From contig CBDCDS010000003.1 of assembly GCA_965215365.1 (NCBI GenBank), forward strand, positions 2,432,001 to 2,496,000: 64,000 nucleotides of DNA. Direction: 5' to 3'. The translations under genes and the position numbers were made by a program. Under the pieces are notes generated by a model, which saw only the letters and a list, made by a program, of their open reading frames with translations, had not been told where the DNA came from and did no database searches. Origin of the DNA: Gammaproteobacteria bacterium (lineage in GTDB: Bacteria; Pseudomonadota; Gammaproteobacteria; Eutrophobiales; Eutrophobiaceae). Below are positions 1-10,639 of the stretch, piece after piece. Each line of letters begins with the position of its first letter. Positions within the stretch are counted from its first letter, which is position 1.

Positions 1-296
1 GCCCGACCCGCGCCAACGTCAGCGTGATGGAAACCGATGCGGCGTTCTCCGGCCCTGGTCACACTCTGCACAAATTCAATCCTCTGGCAAACTGGACTTC
101 AAAACAGGTATGGAGCTATATCCGCACCAACGATGTGCCCTATAACGAGCTGCACAGCCGTGGCTACATCAGCATCGGTTGCGAACCCTGCACCCGCCAG
201 GTGCTGCCTAACCAGCATGAACGCGAGGGCCGTTGGTGGTGGGAAGAAGAAACCCTGAAGGAATGCGGGTTGCACGCGGGAAATTTGGAGAGTTAA
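1..296 (+). CDS. cysH: APS/PAPS reductase, C-terminal part (5' truncated by window edge)
   Basis: [13 protein letters not shown][13 protein letters not shown], REGRWWWE and terminal ECGLH motifs; frame open to the window start; next to cysB. Confidence 0.92.
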   Translation, partial: PTRANVSVMETDAAFSGPGHTLHKFNPLANWTSKQVWSYIRTNDVPYNELHSRGYISIGCEPCTRQVLPNQHEREGRWWWEEETLKECGLHAGNLES

Positions 297-303
297 GCCC
301 CCC

Positions 304-1308
<1,005 letters not shown>

Positions 1309-1432
1309 TCAGCACCGTACCAGAGTACATCTATTATATCATTTAGTTCTAAAAATAGTGAAAATTATCACTTTTCAGTATAGATGATTAGCATTAGAGT
1401 GACAATCTTTTTGCTTCGGACATGTTCCAGCC

Positions 1433-2218
1433 GTGGATTTTGCATTTACATTGGCCGGTTTTGTGGTCGGCTTTGTCATTGGTCTTACCGGTGTCGGCGG
1501 CGGTTCCCTGATGACACCGGCGCTGGTGCTGATATTCGGCGTCAAGCCGGCAGTGGCGGTGGGCACCGACCTGTTGTACGCGGCGATTACTAAAGGGGGC
1601 GGGATTTTCCCTCACCACAGGCAGGGAACCATCGACTGGAGAGTCGTCCGGCTGTTGGCAACGGGCAGCATCCCGGCTACCTTGATGGCACTGGTAGTAT
1701 TGAAAAAACTGGCCGCCATGGGCATCAACTATGAATCCGTCATCACCTCCACGCTCAGCATTGCCCTGATTTTGACCTCCCTGGTGATCCTGTTCAAAAG
1801 CCAGTTGCAGTCTCTGGGCAAGGCCGAGCCGTTCCAGTTCATACGCGTCATACACAGACGGTTACGCGTGCCGATAACCATTCTCGCCGGTGTTATCATC
1901 GGCACCTTAGTCACGCTCTCGTCGGTCGGCGCCGGCGCCCTGGGCGCGGCCTTCCTGTTTTTTCTCTATCCCCGCTTTAACACCGTCAGGATCGTAGGCA
2001 CCGATCTGGCTCATGCAGTGCCAATCACCGCAATCGCCGGCCTGGGTCACTGGCACCTGGGTTCGGTGGATTTCCAACTCCTGCTCAGCCTGATCATCGG
2101 CTCGCTACCAGGTATCTACCTGGGCAGCCATGCCGGGGTACAGTTGCCGGAAAAATTCATGCGCACGCTGCTGGCGCTGATGCTGCTGCTGATTGGCGGT
2201 CGCCTGGCAGTGGTGTAA
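1433..2218 (+). CDS. Sulfite exporter TauE/SafE family membrane protein
   Basis: GLTGVGGGSLMTP and AVGTDL motifs, repeated as SVGAGALG / IVGTDLAHAVP; many TM segments. Confidence 0.9.
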   Translation: MDFAFTLAGFVVGFVIGLTGVGGGSLMTPALVLIFGVKPAVAVGTDLLYAAITKGGGIFPHHRQGTIDWRVVRLLATGSIPATLMALVVLKKLAAMGINYESVITSTLSIALILTSLVILFKSQLQSLGKAEPFQFIRVIHRRLRVPITILAGVIIGTLVTLSSVGAGALGAAFLFFLYPRFNTVRIVGTDLAHAVPITAIAGLGHWHLGSVDFQLLLSLIIGSLPGIYLGSHAGVQLPEKFMRTLLALMLLLIGGRLAVV

Positions 2219-2219
2219 A

Positions 2220-2243
2220 AAAACCCCGCTCAGGCGGGGTTTT
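2220..2243. terminator. Bidirectional intrinsic terminator
   Basis: AAAACCCCGC-tcag-GCGGGGTTTT hairpin between convergent genes. Confidence 0.8.
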
Positions 2244-2269
2244 GCATATAAACGCCAGCACCGCAGACC

Positions 2270-2497
2270 TCAGCCGGTATGCGCTTGGCGGTATTGACTG
2301 ATCATTGCCGCCATCTGGTCCTTCACGTGCAGTTTTTCTTTCTTCAGATTGTCCAGGTCATACGCATCCACGGGTGTTGCGCCGGAATTGGCCTGGTTGA
2401 CTTGTTGCTTCAATTCGCCATGCCTTGAATGCAGTCGCTTAAAATTTTCGCTTTCGTTCAATAACACATCGACTATCTCCTGCTCATATTCAAACAT
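2270..2497 (-). CDS. YdcH/DUF465 family small coiled-coil protein
   Basis: FKRLHSRHGELKQQV...LKKEKLHVKDQM pattern; GGAGG RBS upstream. Confidence 0.75.
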   Translation of the reverse strand: MFEYEQEIVDVLLNESENFKRLHSRHGELKQQVNQANSGATPVDAYDLDNLKKEKLHVKDQMAAMISQYRQAHTG

Positions 2498-2632
2498 AGA
2501 GGCCTCCTTCAGGTCAGGTTTTCAGGGTTTACTTATAGCCCGCAGGCAGAACCAATCCGGCTAGTGCCTACAACCTTAAAGTTAGTCCAAATTTTCCCGG
2601 ACTACAAGGAAAAAATTTTTTATCATGGGACC

Positions 2633-3571
2633 ATGCGCGCGGCAATGTTCATCAACATCGTGTTTTATCTGCTGTCTGCTTCAGGCGAATACCTCCATGC
2701 TGCTGAAAAACATGATAAAACGTTCAACCTCACCGAGGTCAGTGCCGGTATTTACGTACACCAGGGCCAGCATGCAGGGCTGGAGCATGACCACAGCGAC
2801 GATATTGCCAACATCGGCTTCATCGTCGGCGAGCAATGTATTGCCGTGATCGACACCGGCGGGTCGGTGGCCATTGGTCGAGCCTTGCAAAAAGCCGTTC
2901 GCAGCGTCTCGTCGCTGCCTGTTTGCTACGTGATCAATACCCATATACATTTTGACCATGTATTGGGCAACGCCGCTTTCAAGGCCACCGAGCCGGTCTT
3001 CGTCGGGCACGAAAACCTGGCCCTGGAAATGGCGCATAACCGCGCGTTTTTCCTGTCAGAGTTTCGCCCCAACCTCGGTGAGAATCCCTCGGCAGACTCG
3101 ATCATCGGCCCGGAGCTCACTGTTACCGATACGCTGGAACTGGACCTGGGTAACCGGATCATTACCCTGCGCGCTTACCCGCCCGCCCATTCCCATACGG
3201 ATGTATCGGTGTATGACCACAACACTGCGACATTATGGCTCTCTGACCTGCTGTTCGTGGACCGGATTCCCGCTCTCGATGGCAGTCTCAAAGGCTGGCT
3301 GGAGACGCTGGACCGGCTAACCACACGGCCGGCCCGGCGCGTTATTCCCGGTCACGGCCCCGTCAGCCTGCCTTGGCCGGATGCAGCCAGCACCCAGCAC
3401 GCCTACCTGCACCTGTTGCTGACCCGTACCAGAGAAGCAATCGCCAAGGGAGCCTTCATGGAAGACATCATTGAGACCGTCGGTAAAACAGAGCAAACCC
3501 AGTGGCTGCTGCACGAGGAAAACCACCGACGCAACGTTACCCGGGCGTTTACTGAGTTGGAGTGGGAGTAG
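2633..3571 (+). CDS. Periplasmic metallo-beta-lactamase-fold hydrolase (SoxH-like, quinoprotein relay system type)
   Basis: DIANIGFIVG, VIDTGGS, INTHIHFDHVLGN, VIPGHG, C-terminal ELEWE; signal-like N-terminus; start moved to the internal ATG. Confidence 0.75.
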   Translation: MRAAMFINIVFYLLSASGEYLHAAEKHDKTFNLTEVSAGIYVHQGQHAGLEHDHSDDIANIGFIVGEQCIAVIDTGGSVAIGRALQKAVRSVSSLPVCYVINTHIHFDHVLGNAAFKATEPVFVGHENLALEMAHNRAFFLSEFRPNLGENPSADSIIGPELTVTDTLELDLGNRIITLRAYPPAHSHTDVSVYDHNTATLWLSDLLFVDRIPALDGSLKGWLETLDRLTTRPARRVIPGHGPVSLPWPDAASTQHAYLHLLLTRTREAIAKGAFMEDIIETVGKTEQTQWLLHEENHRRNVTRAFTELEWE

Positions 3572-3573
3572 CC

Positions 3574-5226
3574 TTACATCTCCGGATAGTTTGGCCCACC
3601 GCCACCTTCCGGGGGCACCCAGACAATGTTCTGGGTGGGGTCTTTGATATCGCAGGTCTTGCAGTGCACGCAGTTCTGGGCGTTGATGCGCAATGCGGGC
3701 GCATCGTCTTCGGTAATAATCTCATAAACACCCGCAGGGCAATAGCGTTGCTCGGGCGCGGCATAGCGTTGCAGGTTGGTGGTAGTCGGGATAGTCTCAT
3801 CTTTCAGCGTAAGATGACAAGGCTGATCTTCTTCGTGGTTGGTGTTGGAGATAAAGACCGATGAGAGTTTGTCGAAACTCAGCTTGCCGTCCGGCTTGGG
3901 ATAATCAACAGATTTGCAGGCCGCGGCGGCCTTCAGGCATGCGTGGTCCGGGCGTCGATCATGCAGGGTGAATGGCAGTCGGCCGGCAAAAACGGACTGG
4001 TCCGCCAGATTGAACGCGGCGCCCAGGTACAGGCCGAACCGGTGCAGGGCGGCGCCGAAATTGCGGGAGCGATAAATATCATCATAGGCCCAGCAGGCGC
4101 GGAAGTTGTCGTCGAATGCCGACAGGTCTGCGGCCGCTTGCTCGGCCCCGGCGCCACTATCGGCTTGCAGCGCGGCGCTCAGGGTTTGCGCGGCGACCAT
4201 ACCGGATTTCATGGCCGTGTGCGTACCCTTGATCTTGGCGAAATTCAAGGTGCCGGCATCACACCCGACCAGTAACGCGCCAGGCATGGACATTTTCGGT
4301 AATGAGTTCAAACCGCCTTTGGTGATGGAGCGAGCACCGTAGGCCAGACGCCGGCCACCGGCCAGGGTCTGCGCAATCAAGGGGTGGTGTTTGAAGCGCT
4401 GGAATTCATCGAATGGGCTGAGGTAGGGGTTAGCGTAATTCAGGTCGATAATTAAACCGACTGCGACCTGATTAGGTGCCAGGTGATACAGGAAAAAACC
4501 GCCGGAGGCCTGTTTGGACAGCGGCCAACCGGAACCATGCACGACCAGGCCGGGCCGGAAGTTGTCTGCGTCCACTTCCCATAACTCCTTGATACCCAAC
4601 CCGTAATGTTGCGGATCACGGCCCTGGTCAAGCTGATACCGGTCAATAAGCTGGCGACCCAGGTGTCCGCGGCTGCCCTCGGCAAAAACCGTGTAGCGCC
4701 CGTGCAGTTCCAGTCCCGGCTCGAAGCTGTCTTTCTCGGCGCCTGTTACGGTGCGCCCCATGTCTCCGGTGGCGACGCCCCGGACCCGCCCCTGGTCGTC
4801 GAACAGCGCTTGGGCGGCGGCAAAGCCGGGGTAAATCTCCACCTCCAGCGCCGCTGCCTGCTCGGCCAGCCAGCGACATACGTTGCCCAGACTGACAATA
4901 TAATTACCCTGGTTGTGCATGCTCGCGGGCACCAACGGGCCGGGAATCTTTATAGCTGAGTGATGACTGGTCAGGAAATAGACCTGGTCCTGGCTGACCG
5001 GCGTGTGTAACGGCGCGCCACGCTCTTTCCAGTCCGGGATCAGCTCATCCAAGGCACGCGTTTCCAGCACCGCGCCGGAAAGGATATGGGCACCGATCTC
5101 AGAGCCTTTTTCCAGCAGGCAAACGCTGAGCTGCTGCGCCAGGGTCTTGAGGTGAATGGCTGTTGCGAGTCCTGCCGGGCCTCCTCCTACGATAACAACA
5201 TCATATTCCATGACCTCACGTTGCAT
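3574..5226 (-). CDS. Electron transfer flavoprotein-ubiquinone oxidoreductase
   Basis: YDVVIVGGGPAGL FAD motif, KIKGTHTAMKSG, C-terminal 4Fe-4S YCPAGVYE / NCVHCKTCDIKDP. Confidence 0.96.
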   Translation of the reverse strand: MQREVMEYDVVIVGGGPAGLATAIHLKTLAQQLSVCLLEKGSEIGAHILSGAVLETRALDELIPDWKERGAPLHTPVSQDQVYFLTSHHSAIKIPGPLVPASMHNQGNYIVSLGNVCRWLAEQAAALEVEIYPGFAAAQALFDDQGRVRGVATGDMGRTVTGAEKDSFEPGLELHGRYTVFAEGSRGHLGRQLIDRYQLDQGRDPQHYGLGIKELWEVDADNFRPGLVVHGSGWPLSKQASGGFFLYHLAPNQVAVGLIIDLNYANPYLSPFDEFQRFKHHPLIAQTLAGGRRLAYGARSITKGGLNSLPKMSMPGALLVGCDAGTLNFAKIKGTHTAMKSGMVAAQTLSAALQADSGAGAEQAAADLSAFDDNFRACWAYDDIYRSRNFGAALHRFGLYLGAAFNLADQSVFAGRLPFTLHDRRPDHACLKAAAACKSVDYPKPDGKLSFDKLSSVFISNTNHEEDQPCHLTLKDETIPTTTNLQRYAAPEQRYCPAGVYEIITEDDAPALRINAQNCVHCKTCDIKDPTQNIVWVPPEGGGGPNYPEM

Positions 5227-5242
5227 GAGGGTTGTTCAGTTA

Positions 5243-5315
5243 TCCGCAGATGACGCGGATAATATCAACTGCAGCTCTGCGTTCATCTGCGTCATCTGCG
5301 GACAATATCAACTGC
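5243..5315. repeat. REP-like inverted repeat with nested direct repeat
   Basis: TCCGCAGATGACGCGGAT (5243-5260) vs ATCTGCGTCATCTGCGGA (5285-5302), 17/18 complementary; AATATCAACTGC at 5261 and 5304. Confidence 0.7.
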
Positions 5316-6660
5316 GGCGGCGTTGTTTCAGGCTCTCTTCCAGTTGTCTCTTGCGTTCTTTTTCGCTGTTGACGTAGCCCAGCCAGGTTTGTGCGGCCTT
5401 GTAGCTGCGCTTGTCCTTGCTGGCTTCGGCGAAGGCTGCGATAGATGCTTCGAACTTCTGTATCTCAAACAGTGCCAGACCCAGCATGATGTTGGCCTGA
5501 TCGCTGCGCTTGAGGCCGCCTTTCCTGAATGCCGTGCGCAATGATGCCACGGCTTCGTCATACCGGTACAGGTTGATATAGGCCTGGGCCAGACGCATAT
5601 CCAATTCGCCGTCCTTGGACAGCCTAGCAGCCTGTATCAACGGCGGGAGTGATTTTTCATTTTCCTGGGCTTGCAACCAGGCTTGCGAAAGTAGCCTTAA
5701 GTTCCTGATATTCTGCTCTATTTTTTCTTCCTTCATACCCTTGTCCAGCAATACTGCTGCCTTGTAGGGTGCTTCATGCAGCAGGTACAGGTTGGCCAGA
5801 TTCAACTGCTGGTTGCCCCGTTGCAGATGACCGGCTTCATACAGCATCTCCAGGATGGACATCTGCTTGTCCAGACGCTTGAGCTCGGAATAGGTGCCGG
5901 CCATGGTCAACCAGTATTCCGGTTTGGGATAATATTCGACCAGCTCCTTGAGTACTGCCAGCATGTTCTCATAATCATTGAGATTGAAATAATCCACGCG
6001 CAACAGCAGCAACAGGTTTTCCCTGGGTATGTCGCCGCGCTCCTTGACCATAGCGTAAGCCTTTTTCAACGGCACCAGCGAGTTCTCATATTCTTCTAGC
6101 TGGTAGTAGCCCTGACCCAGCAGCATGTAGGCATTTTCAGTGGGTTTTTCCGTCACCGCAAACCACTGGTTGATGATGTCCACCGCCTTACGGTAGTTCT
6201 CGATAATAAAATACAACTGGGCCAGGGTATATAAAGAATTGGTCTCCAGTGCTTCGGGCAGGTCGGGCTGTGCCAGCACCTGCTCATACGAGGCAATGGC
6301 ATCTTCGTATCGTTCCAGGGTGAAATACGTGTAAGCAAAGTAATTGTACAACTGTGCCTTTTCGTAGTTCGACAGCTTGGGCTCCCGGGCTAGGTCATTC
6401 AGGGCCGCCAGACCCTCGTCGTAGTTTTTGGCCTCGATCAGTTCCTGCGCTTCGGTCAACTTCTTGTAAACCTTCTCGCTCATGGAAGGGGTTTTGCGGG
6501 TTTTGCGCTTCTTGCCCGAGTCCGCCCCCTCCTGCGCGCTCACAGCCGGCGCAGTGGTCGCGATGAACAGGGGGGAAGTCAGCAGCAATGCACAGGCCAG
6601 CAATGCGCCACGCATCAGAAACGATTTAACCGTCGTATAACCAGTACCCATAAGCATCAA
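5308..6660 (-). CDS. TPR protein of the TonB operon (TtpD-like)
   Basis: Signal peptide, multiple TPR-like helices, last gene of the ttpB-ttpC-exbB-exbD-tonB operon. Confidence 0.8.
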   Translation of the reverse strand: MMLMGTGYTTVKSFLMRGALLACALLLTSPLFIATTAPAVSAQEGADSGKKRKTRKTPSMSEKVYKKLTEAQELIEAKNYDEGLAALNDLAREPKLSNYEKAQLYNYFAYTYFTLERYEDAIASYEQVLAQPDLPEALETNSLYTLAQLYFIIENYRKAVDIINQWFAVTEKPTENAYMLLGQGYYQLEEYENSLVPLKKAYAMVKERGDIPRENLLLLLRVDYFNLNDYENMLAVLKELVEYYPKPEYWLTMAGTYSELKRLDKQMSILEMLYEAGHLQRGNQQLNLANLYLLHEAPYKAAVLLDKGMKEEKIEQNIRNLRLLSQAWLQAQENEKSLPPLIQAARLSKDGELDMRLAQAYINLYRYDEAVASLRTAFRKGGLKRSDQANIMLGLALFEIQKFEASIAAFAEASKDKRSYKAAQTWLGYVNSEKERKRQLEESLKQRRRS

Positions 6661-7286
6661 TCTTCCAGTTCAAAGGTAATTTTGTTCTGCACGCCCGGCA
6701 CTTCGATGGGCTGTCCCTCAACAATGCGCGGCTTGTACTTGAACTTGGCCGCCGCGGCCATGGATGCCCTTTCAAAATAACCCCTCGGCACCGCCTCGAC
6801 CACCCGGATATCCTTGGTAGTACCCGCTTTGGTCACGGTGAACTCAACGATTACGTAGCCCTCGATACCGCGTGACTGCGCGCGGCGCGGATAAATGGGT
6901 TGTACCTTGACGATAGGCAGGTACTCACCGTCGCTGGGCGCCAAACCGAAACCGCTGGCATCCAGGTTGATATTGGTGTTCACCGGCGCTGCCGACACCT
7001 GTACACTCTGCGCTTCCGGCGTGATGTTATCCATGGAGGGCGGTGGCGGTTCCGGTGGTGGCTGATCCGGCGGCGGGGGTTTCTTAGGCGGCGGTTTGCG
7101 GCGGTTGACTATCTCTTCCGGGTCGATCCGCACAAACTCCAGCATTCTGCCCGGATCATCCCGATCCAGTTTCCGATCGGCGATATTAATCAGGTATTGC
7201 ATCAGCCAGAACAGGCTGAATACGACCGTTAGCGCACAGGCGCCGGCGATGAGGTAACGGCCAACAAGAAGTGAACTTGCAACCAT
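6657..7286 (-). CDS. tonB: Energy transducer TonB
   Basis: N-terminal TM, Pro-rich linker, PIYPRRAQSRGIEGYVIVEFTV C-terminal domain. Confidence 0.93.
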   Translation of the reverse strand: MVASSLLVGRYLIAGACALTVVFSLFWLMQYLINIADRKLDRDDPGRMLEFVRIDPEEIVNRRKPPPKKPPPPDQPPPEPPPPSMDNITPEAQSVQVSAAPVNTNINLDASGFGLAPSDGEYLPIVKVQPIYPRRAQSRGIEGYVIVEFTVTKAGTTKDIRVVEAVPRGYFERASMAAAAKFKYKPRIVEGQPIEVPGVQNKITFELED

Positions 7287-7301
7287 CGGGATAACCTGCG
7301 C

Positions 7302-7703
7302 TCAGTTCTCGGCCGCCAGCGCGATATTGAACACGCCGGCCTGGCGCACCGCATCCATGACCTCAACCAGCATCTTGTTCTTGGATTCCTCGTCCGCTTG
7401 TATCACCACTGACCCTTGCGGGTTCTCGGCGCGCAAGCGTTTGATGTTCGGATAGACGGAACGGACATCGATCTTGCGGCGATCCAGCCAGATATTGTTA
7501 TTGGCGTCAATCGCGATCAGTATGTTCGCCTTTTTCTTCACTTCCGCGGTCGGCGCATCGGGTTTGTTGACGTCGATGCCGGTTTCCTTGACGAAGGTTG
7601 CGGTGACGATAAAGAAGATCAGCATGATGAAAACAATGTCGATCAGCGGCGTGATGTTCACTTCTGATTCGTCATCGGCGGCAACACTGGTGATTCTACG
7701 CAT
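7302..7703 (-). CDS. exbD: Biopolymer transport protein ExbD
   Basis: VNITPLIDIVFIMLIFFIVT, VVIQAD, VEVMDAVRQAG. Confidence 0.93.
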   Translation of the reverse strand: MRRITSVAADDESEVNITPLIDIVFIMLIFFIVTATFVKETGIDVNKPDAPTAEVKKKANILIAIDANNNIWLDRRKIDVRSVYPNIKRLRAENPQGSVVIQADEESKNKMLVEVMDAVRQAGVFNIALAAEN

Positions 7704-7742
7704 AGTTATATTCCTCGTTTACCTTCTCCACGGGATGTTGTA

Positions 7743-8324
7743 TCAATGGTCCATAGTCAGGCGCTCACTCAGTTTTTCAACCTCGGAGTCAGCCCTGCTC
7801 TGTAACCAGACACTGATAAAGTAACCGGACAACGCCGCCACCATGCCAGCCATGGTCGGCACCGTCGCCTGCGACACGCCGGCGGCCATGGCCCGGGCAT
7901 TGCCGGTGCCCAGGAACGCCATCACCTCGAACACGGTAACCATACCGGTCACCGTGCCCAGCAAGCCGACTAGCGGGCACAACGCAACACAGACCTTGAT
8001 CGTGCCGAGGAACTGGTTGGCTTGGACCTTGACGTCGGAGAGCATCGCTTCCCGTACCCGGCGGGCGTTCCAGGACACTCGTTCGGCGCGCGCATCCCAG
8101 CGTTTAACTACGTCCCCAGACAGTCGCGGTTGCTGCGTGGAAAAGAAAATCAGCCGTTCCACGATACACAACCACATGACAGCTAGCACTACCGCTACCA
8201 GATACAGCACCGGCCCGCCCAATTCTAGGAAGTCCCGAATGGCTTCCCACATGTCGATGAAGCCTTGCTCCAGACCCACCAGAGAGGTGATGCCGCGCAG
8301 GATTGAATAGATCAGATCAGTCAT
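7743..8324 (-). CDS. exbB: MotA/TolQ/ExbB proton channel protein
   Basis: CPLVGLLGTVTGM, AMAAGVSQATVPTMAG; start moved to the MTDLI ATG. Confidence 0.88.
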   Translation of the reverse strand: MTDLIYSILRGITSLVGLEQGFIDMWEAIRDFLELGGPVLYLVAVVLAVMWLCIVERLIFFSTQQPRLSGDVVKRWDARAERVSWNARRVREAMLSDVKVQANQFLGTIKVCVALCPLVGLLGTVTGMVTVFEVMAFLGTGNARAMAAGVSQATVPTMAGMVAALSGYFISVWLQSRADSEVEKLSERLTMDH

Positions 8325-8352
8325 TATGTCGTTAGCTGGTGCGGCGACGCCT

Positions 8353-9729
8353 TTACGCAGCCTTGTGCTGCCGCTCTGAAGCCTGGGCCACAAAGCCGGT
8401 AGCCTGACCTTCCAGTATTTCAATAATCCTGCGGCTCTGGCCTGCCATCATGCTGTGCAGGAACACTGTGGGAATAGCCACGCACAAGCCCAGCATGGTA
8501 GTGATCAAGGCCTGGGAAATACCGCCGGCCATGAGTTTCGGATCGCCGGTGCCGAACAAGGTGATCGACTGGAACGTAACGATCATGCCGATCACCGTAC
8601 CTAACAGGCCCAGCAACGGTGCCACCACGGAGATCACCTTGATCAACGTGTTCAAACGACTCAGCTTGGGCACTTCCCGCAACACCGCCTCGCCCATCTT
8701 CAATTCCAGCGATTCCACATCGATATCCTTGTTCTCGTGGTAGGTCAGCAACACGCGACCCAACGGATTTTTGGCGGAAGGATCATTCAGGTTGCGCACC
8801 TGATTGTTCACCGACATGCTGACGATCAGCATATAGAGAATCCTGAGCAGGGCCACGGCAATGCCGAAAATACCTAAGCCGATGATGATCCAACCGACCG
8901 TACCGCCCTGGGTGGTGGAGCGTTCGTACCAGCTCGGCACGTCCACCAGTTGCGCCAGCAACTGGCCCTTGGTCGGGTCCAACCCGATAGGAATGAAACC
9001 CGCTTCAGTCCCGGTCAACTCCTCAGCGCCTTTAACAAACCGATCCTCGGGCTGGCGCAGCAACTCGGAGATAGTCTGCGTTTCCGGGTCGTATTTCAGG
9101 TACTTGCCGTCAGCAATCAGGTTAAATACACCTACCCGAATAATTTCCTTTTGCAATTCCTCCCCGTCCGGCATGATAACGTTGCCCTGGAAACGCTTGA
9201 CCTTGCCGGTTTCAGTCATTTCCCGTTGGATCTCGAACCAGAGTTGCTCGATCTCTTCCAGCGACGCCAACTCGCTGCCGGAACCCATCTTCTCAGCCAG
9301 TTCAGTGAGGAAATCACCGCGCCCGGGGTATTCGATATTAGTCAATGAGGCATCGAACGTGGCACGGGAATCGCCGGCCGCAGTCTGCAACACGCCAAAC
9401 AGTTCTTTCAATGAACCCAGTGCCTGCTGCAAGTCCTGCTTCAACAGGTCTATGTCGTCCTGGTTGGCTTCAAACTGCTTTTCCAGGGCTTCACTGATTG
9501 CCTCCTGTGCAGCCCGTTCGTTATTGGCCTGTTGCAGCAGGCCGGACTGTCTGGCCTTGTCCTGTTTGAATTCTTCCTCCCGGGCCTGATTTTCCTTTGA
9601 TTCATCGATCCGGCCCTGTTGCACCTGTTGCAGCAACGCATCTAGGGACAACGCCTCTTGCGCCGCCGCTGCCGGCACCAGCAAGCAGGCAACCAAACCG
9701 CTGAAAACTGTGTGTCTGAAGATTGTCAT
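8353..9729 (-). CDS. TtpC-like large ExbB-family protein
   Basis: Signal peptide, coiled-coil periplasmic region, APLLGLLGTVIGMI and GDPKLMAGGISQAL. Confidence 0.85.
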   Translation of the reverse strand: MTIFRHTVFSGLVACLLVPAAAAQEALSLDALLQQVQQGRIDESKENQAREEEFKQDKARQSGLLQQANNERAAQEAISEALEKQFEANQDDIDLLKQDLQQALGSLKELFGVLQTAAGDSRATFDASLTNIEYPGRGDFLTELAEKMGSGSELASLEEIEQLWFEIQREMTETGKVKRFQGNVIMPDGEELQKEIIRVGVFNLIADGKYLKYDPETQTISELLRQPEDRFVKGAEELTGTEAGFIPIGLDPTKGQLLAQLVDVPSWYERSTTQGGTVGWIIIGLGIFGIAVALLRILYMLIVSMSVNNQVRNLNDPSAKNPLGRVLLTYHENKDIDVESLELKMGEAVLREVPKLSRLNTLIKVISVVAPLLGLLGTVIGMIVTFQSITLFGTGDPKLMAGGISQALITTMLGLCVAIPTVFLHSMMAGQSRRIIEILEGQATGFVAQASERQHKAA

Positions 9730-9742
9730 GTCCGTGTCTCCT

Positions 9743-10522
9743 CTATTCCGCGGCACTGACCGGCAGGATAAAAATGTCGGGGGGAAGTTGCTTCCTGGCG
9801 ATTTTCAAGCCTTGGCGGATGTAGTTGCGGAACTCCGGGGCTGCCAACGGCATCCACTGGCGCGTGGCCTGGTCCCAGACGCCGTTCTCCTTGCCGTCTT
9901 CGGTCTGATAAACCAGCACCAGACGGCCAAAGCGAAGGATGTTCACCGGCCGCTCCTGGCCGTTGATTTCCAGCACTTCGCTGTATTCGTCCAGGTCGCT
10001 ACCATAGCTGGTCTCAATGCGATAAGCTTCCAGTACCAGACGCAGTTTTTCCGCAGCACTGATGCCGGCATCGCCGATATAGGCTTTCAGGTCGGCGACG
10101 CGTTTACGGCGTTCTTCCAGATGGAACGGGCGGTCGAGTTCAACAAACTGTTCTAGGGTATTTGCCATTCTGAGCATGAGCGGAAAGATCTGCCGTTCCA
10201 CTACTGCGATCTCATCGATGGATTCACGAATCGTGAGCTTTTCCTGATTCTGATCATCCACCTGCTTCTGCAGCAGCGCGTTATAGACCTTGAGGCCATC
10301 GATCACTTTCAATTCACGCCGGTAGCGCGAGGCCAGCTTTTCCGTCTCACCGGCAGTGGCATCGATGCGCTGTTGTGACTCCACCGCATCCTGATTGCGG
10401 GCCAGTCCTTCACCCACAACCTGTTCAATCTGATCCTGGGCTGACACAGCCAAACTGAATCCGATCAGCAAACCCAACATTAATAGCTTTCTGCAAGCTA
10501 CTAACAGTTTAGTAGTATCCAT
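9743..10522 (-). CDS. DUF3450 family protein (TtpB-like)
   Basis: PLMLRMANTLEQFVELDRPF, AEKLRLVLEAYRIE, LRFGRLVLVYQT; first gene of the TonB operon. Confidence 0.85.
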   Translation of the reverse strand: MDTTKLLVACRKLLMLGLLIGFSLAVSAQDQIEQVVGEGLARNQDAVESQQRIDATAGETEKLASRYRRELKVIDGLKVYNALLQKQVDDQNQEKLTIRESIDEIAVVERQIFPLMLRMANTLEQFVELDRPFHLEERRKRVADLKAYIGDAGISAAEKLRLVLEAYRIETSYGSDLDEYSEVLEINGQERPVNILRFGRLVLVYQTEDGKENGVWDQATRQWMPLAAPEFRNYIRQGLKIARKQLPPDIFILPVSAAE

Positions 10523-10639
10523 AAGACAATAACCTCCCCGGGGGATTATTCAGAGTCAATTACAAAAACCTGTTTCAAAACGATCTGCGTTCCGTTCCGT
10601 GCGCCACTTTACTATAAACGACAAAGCCGTGCAAACACA

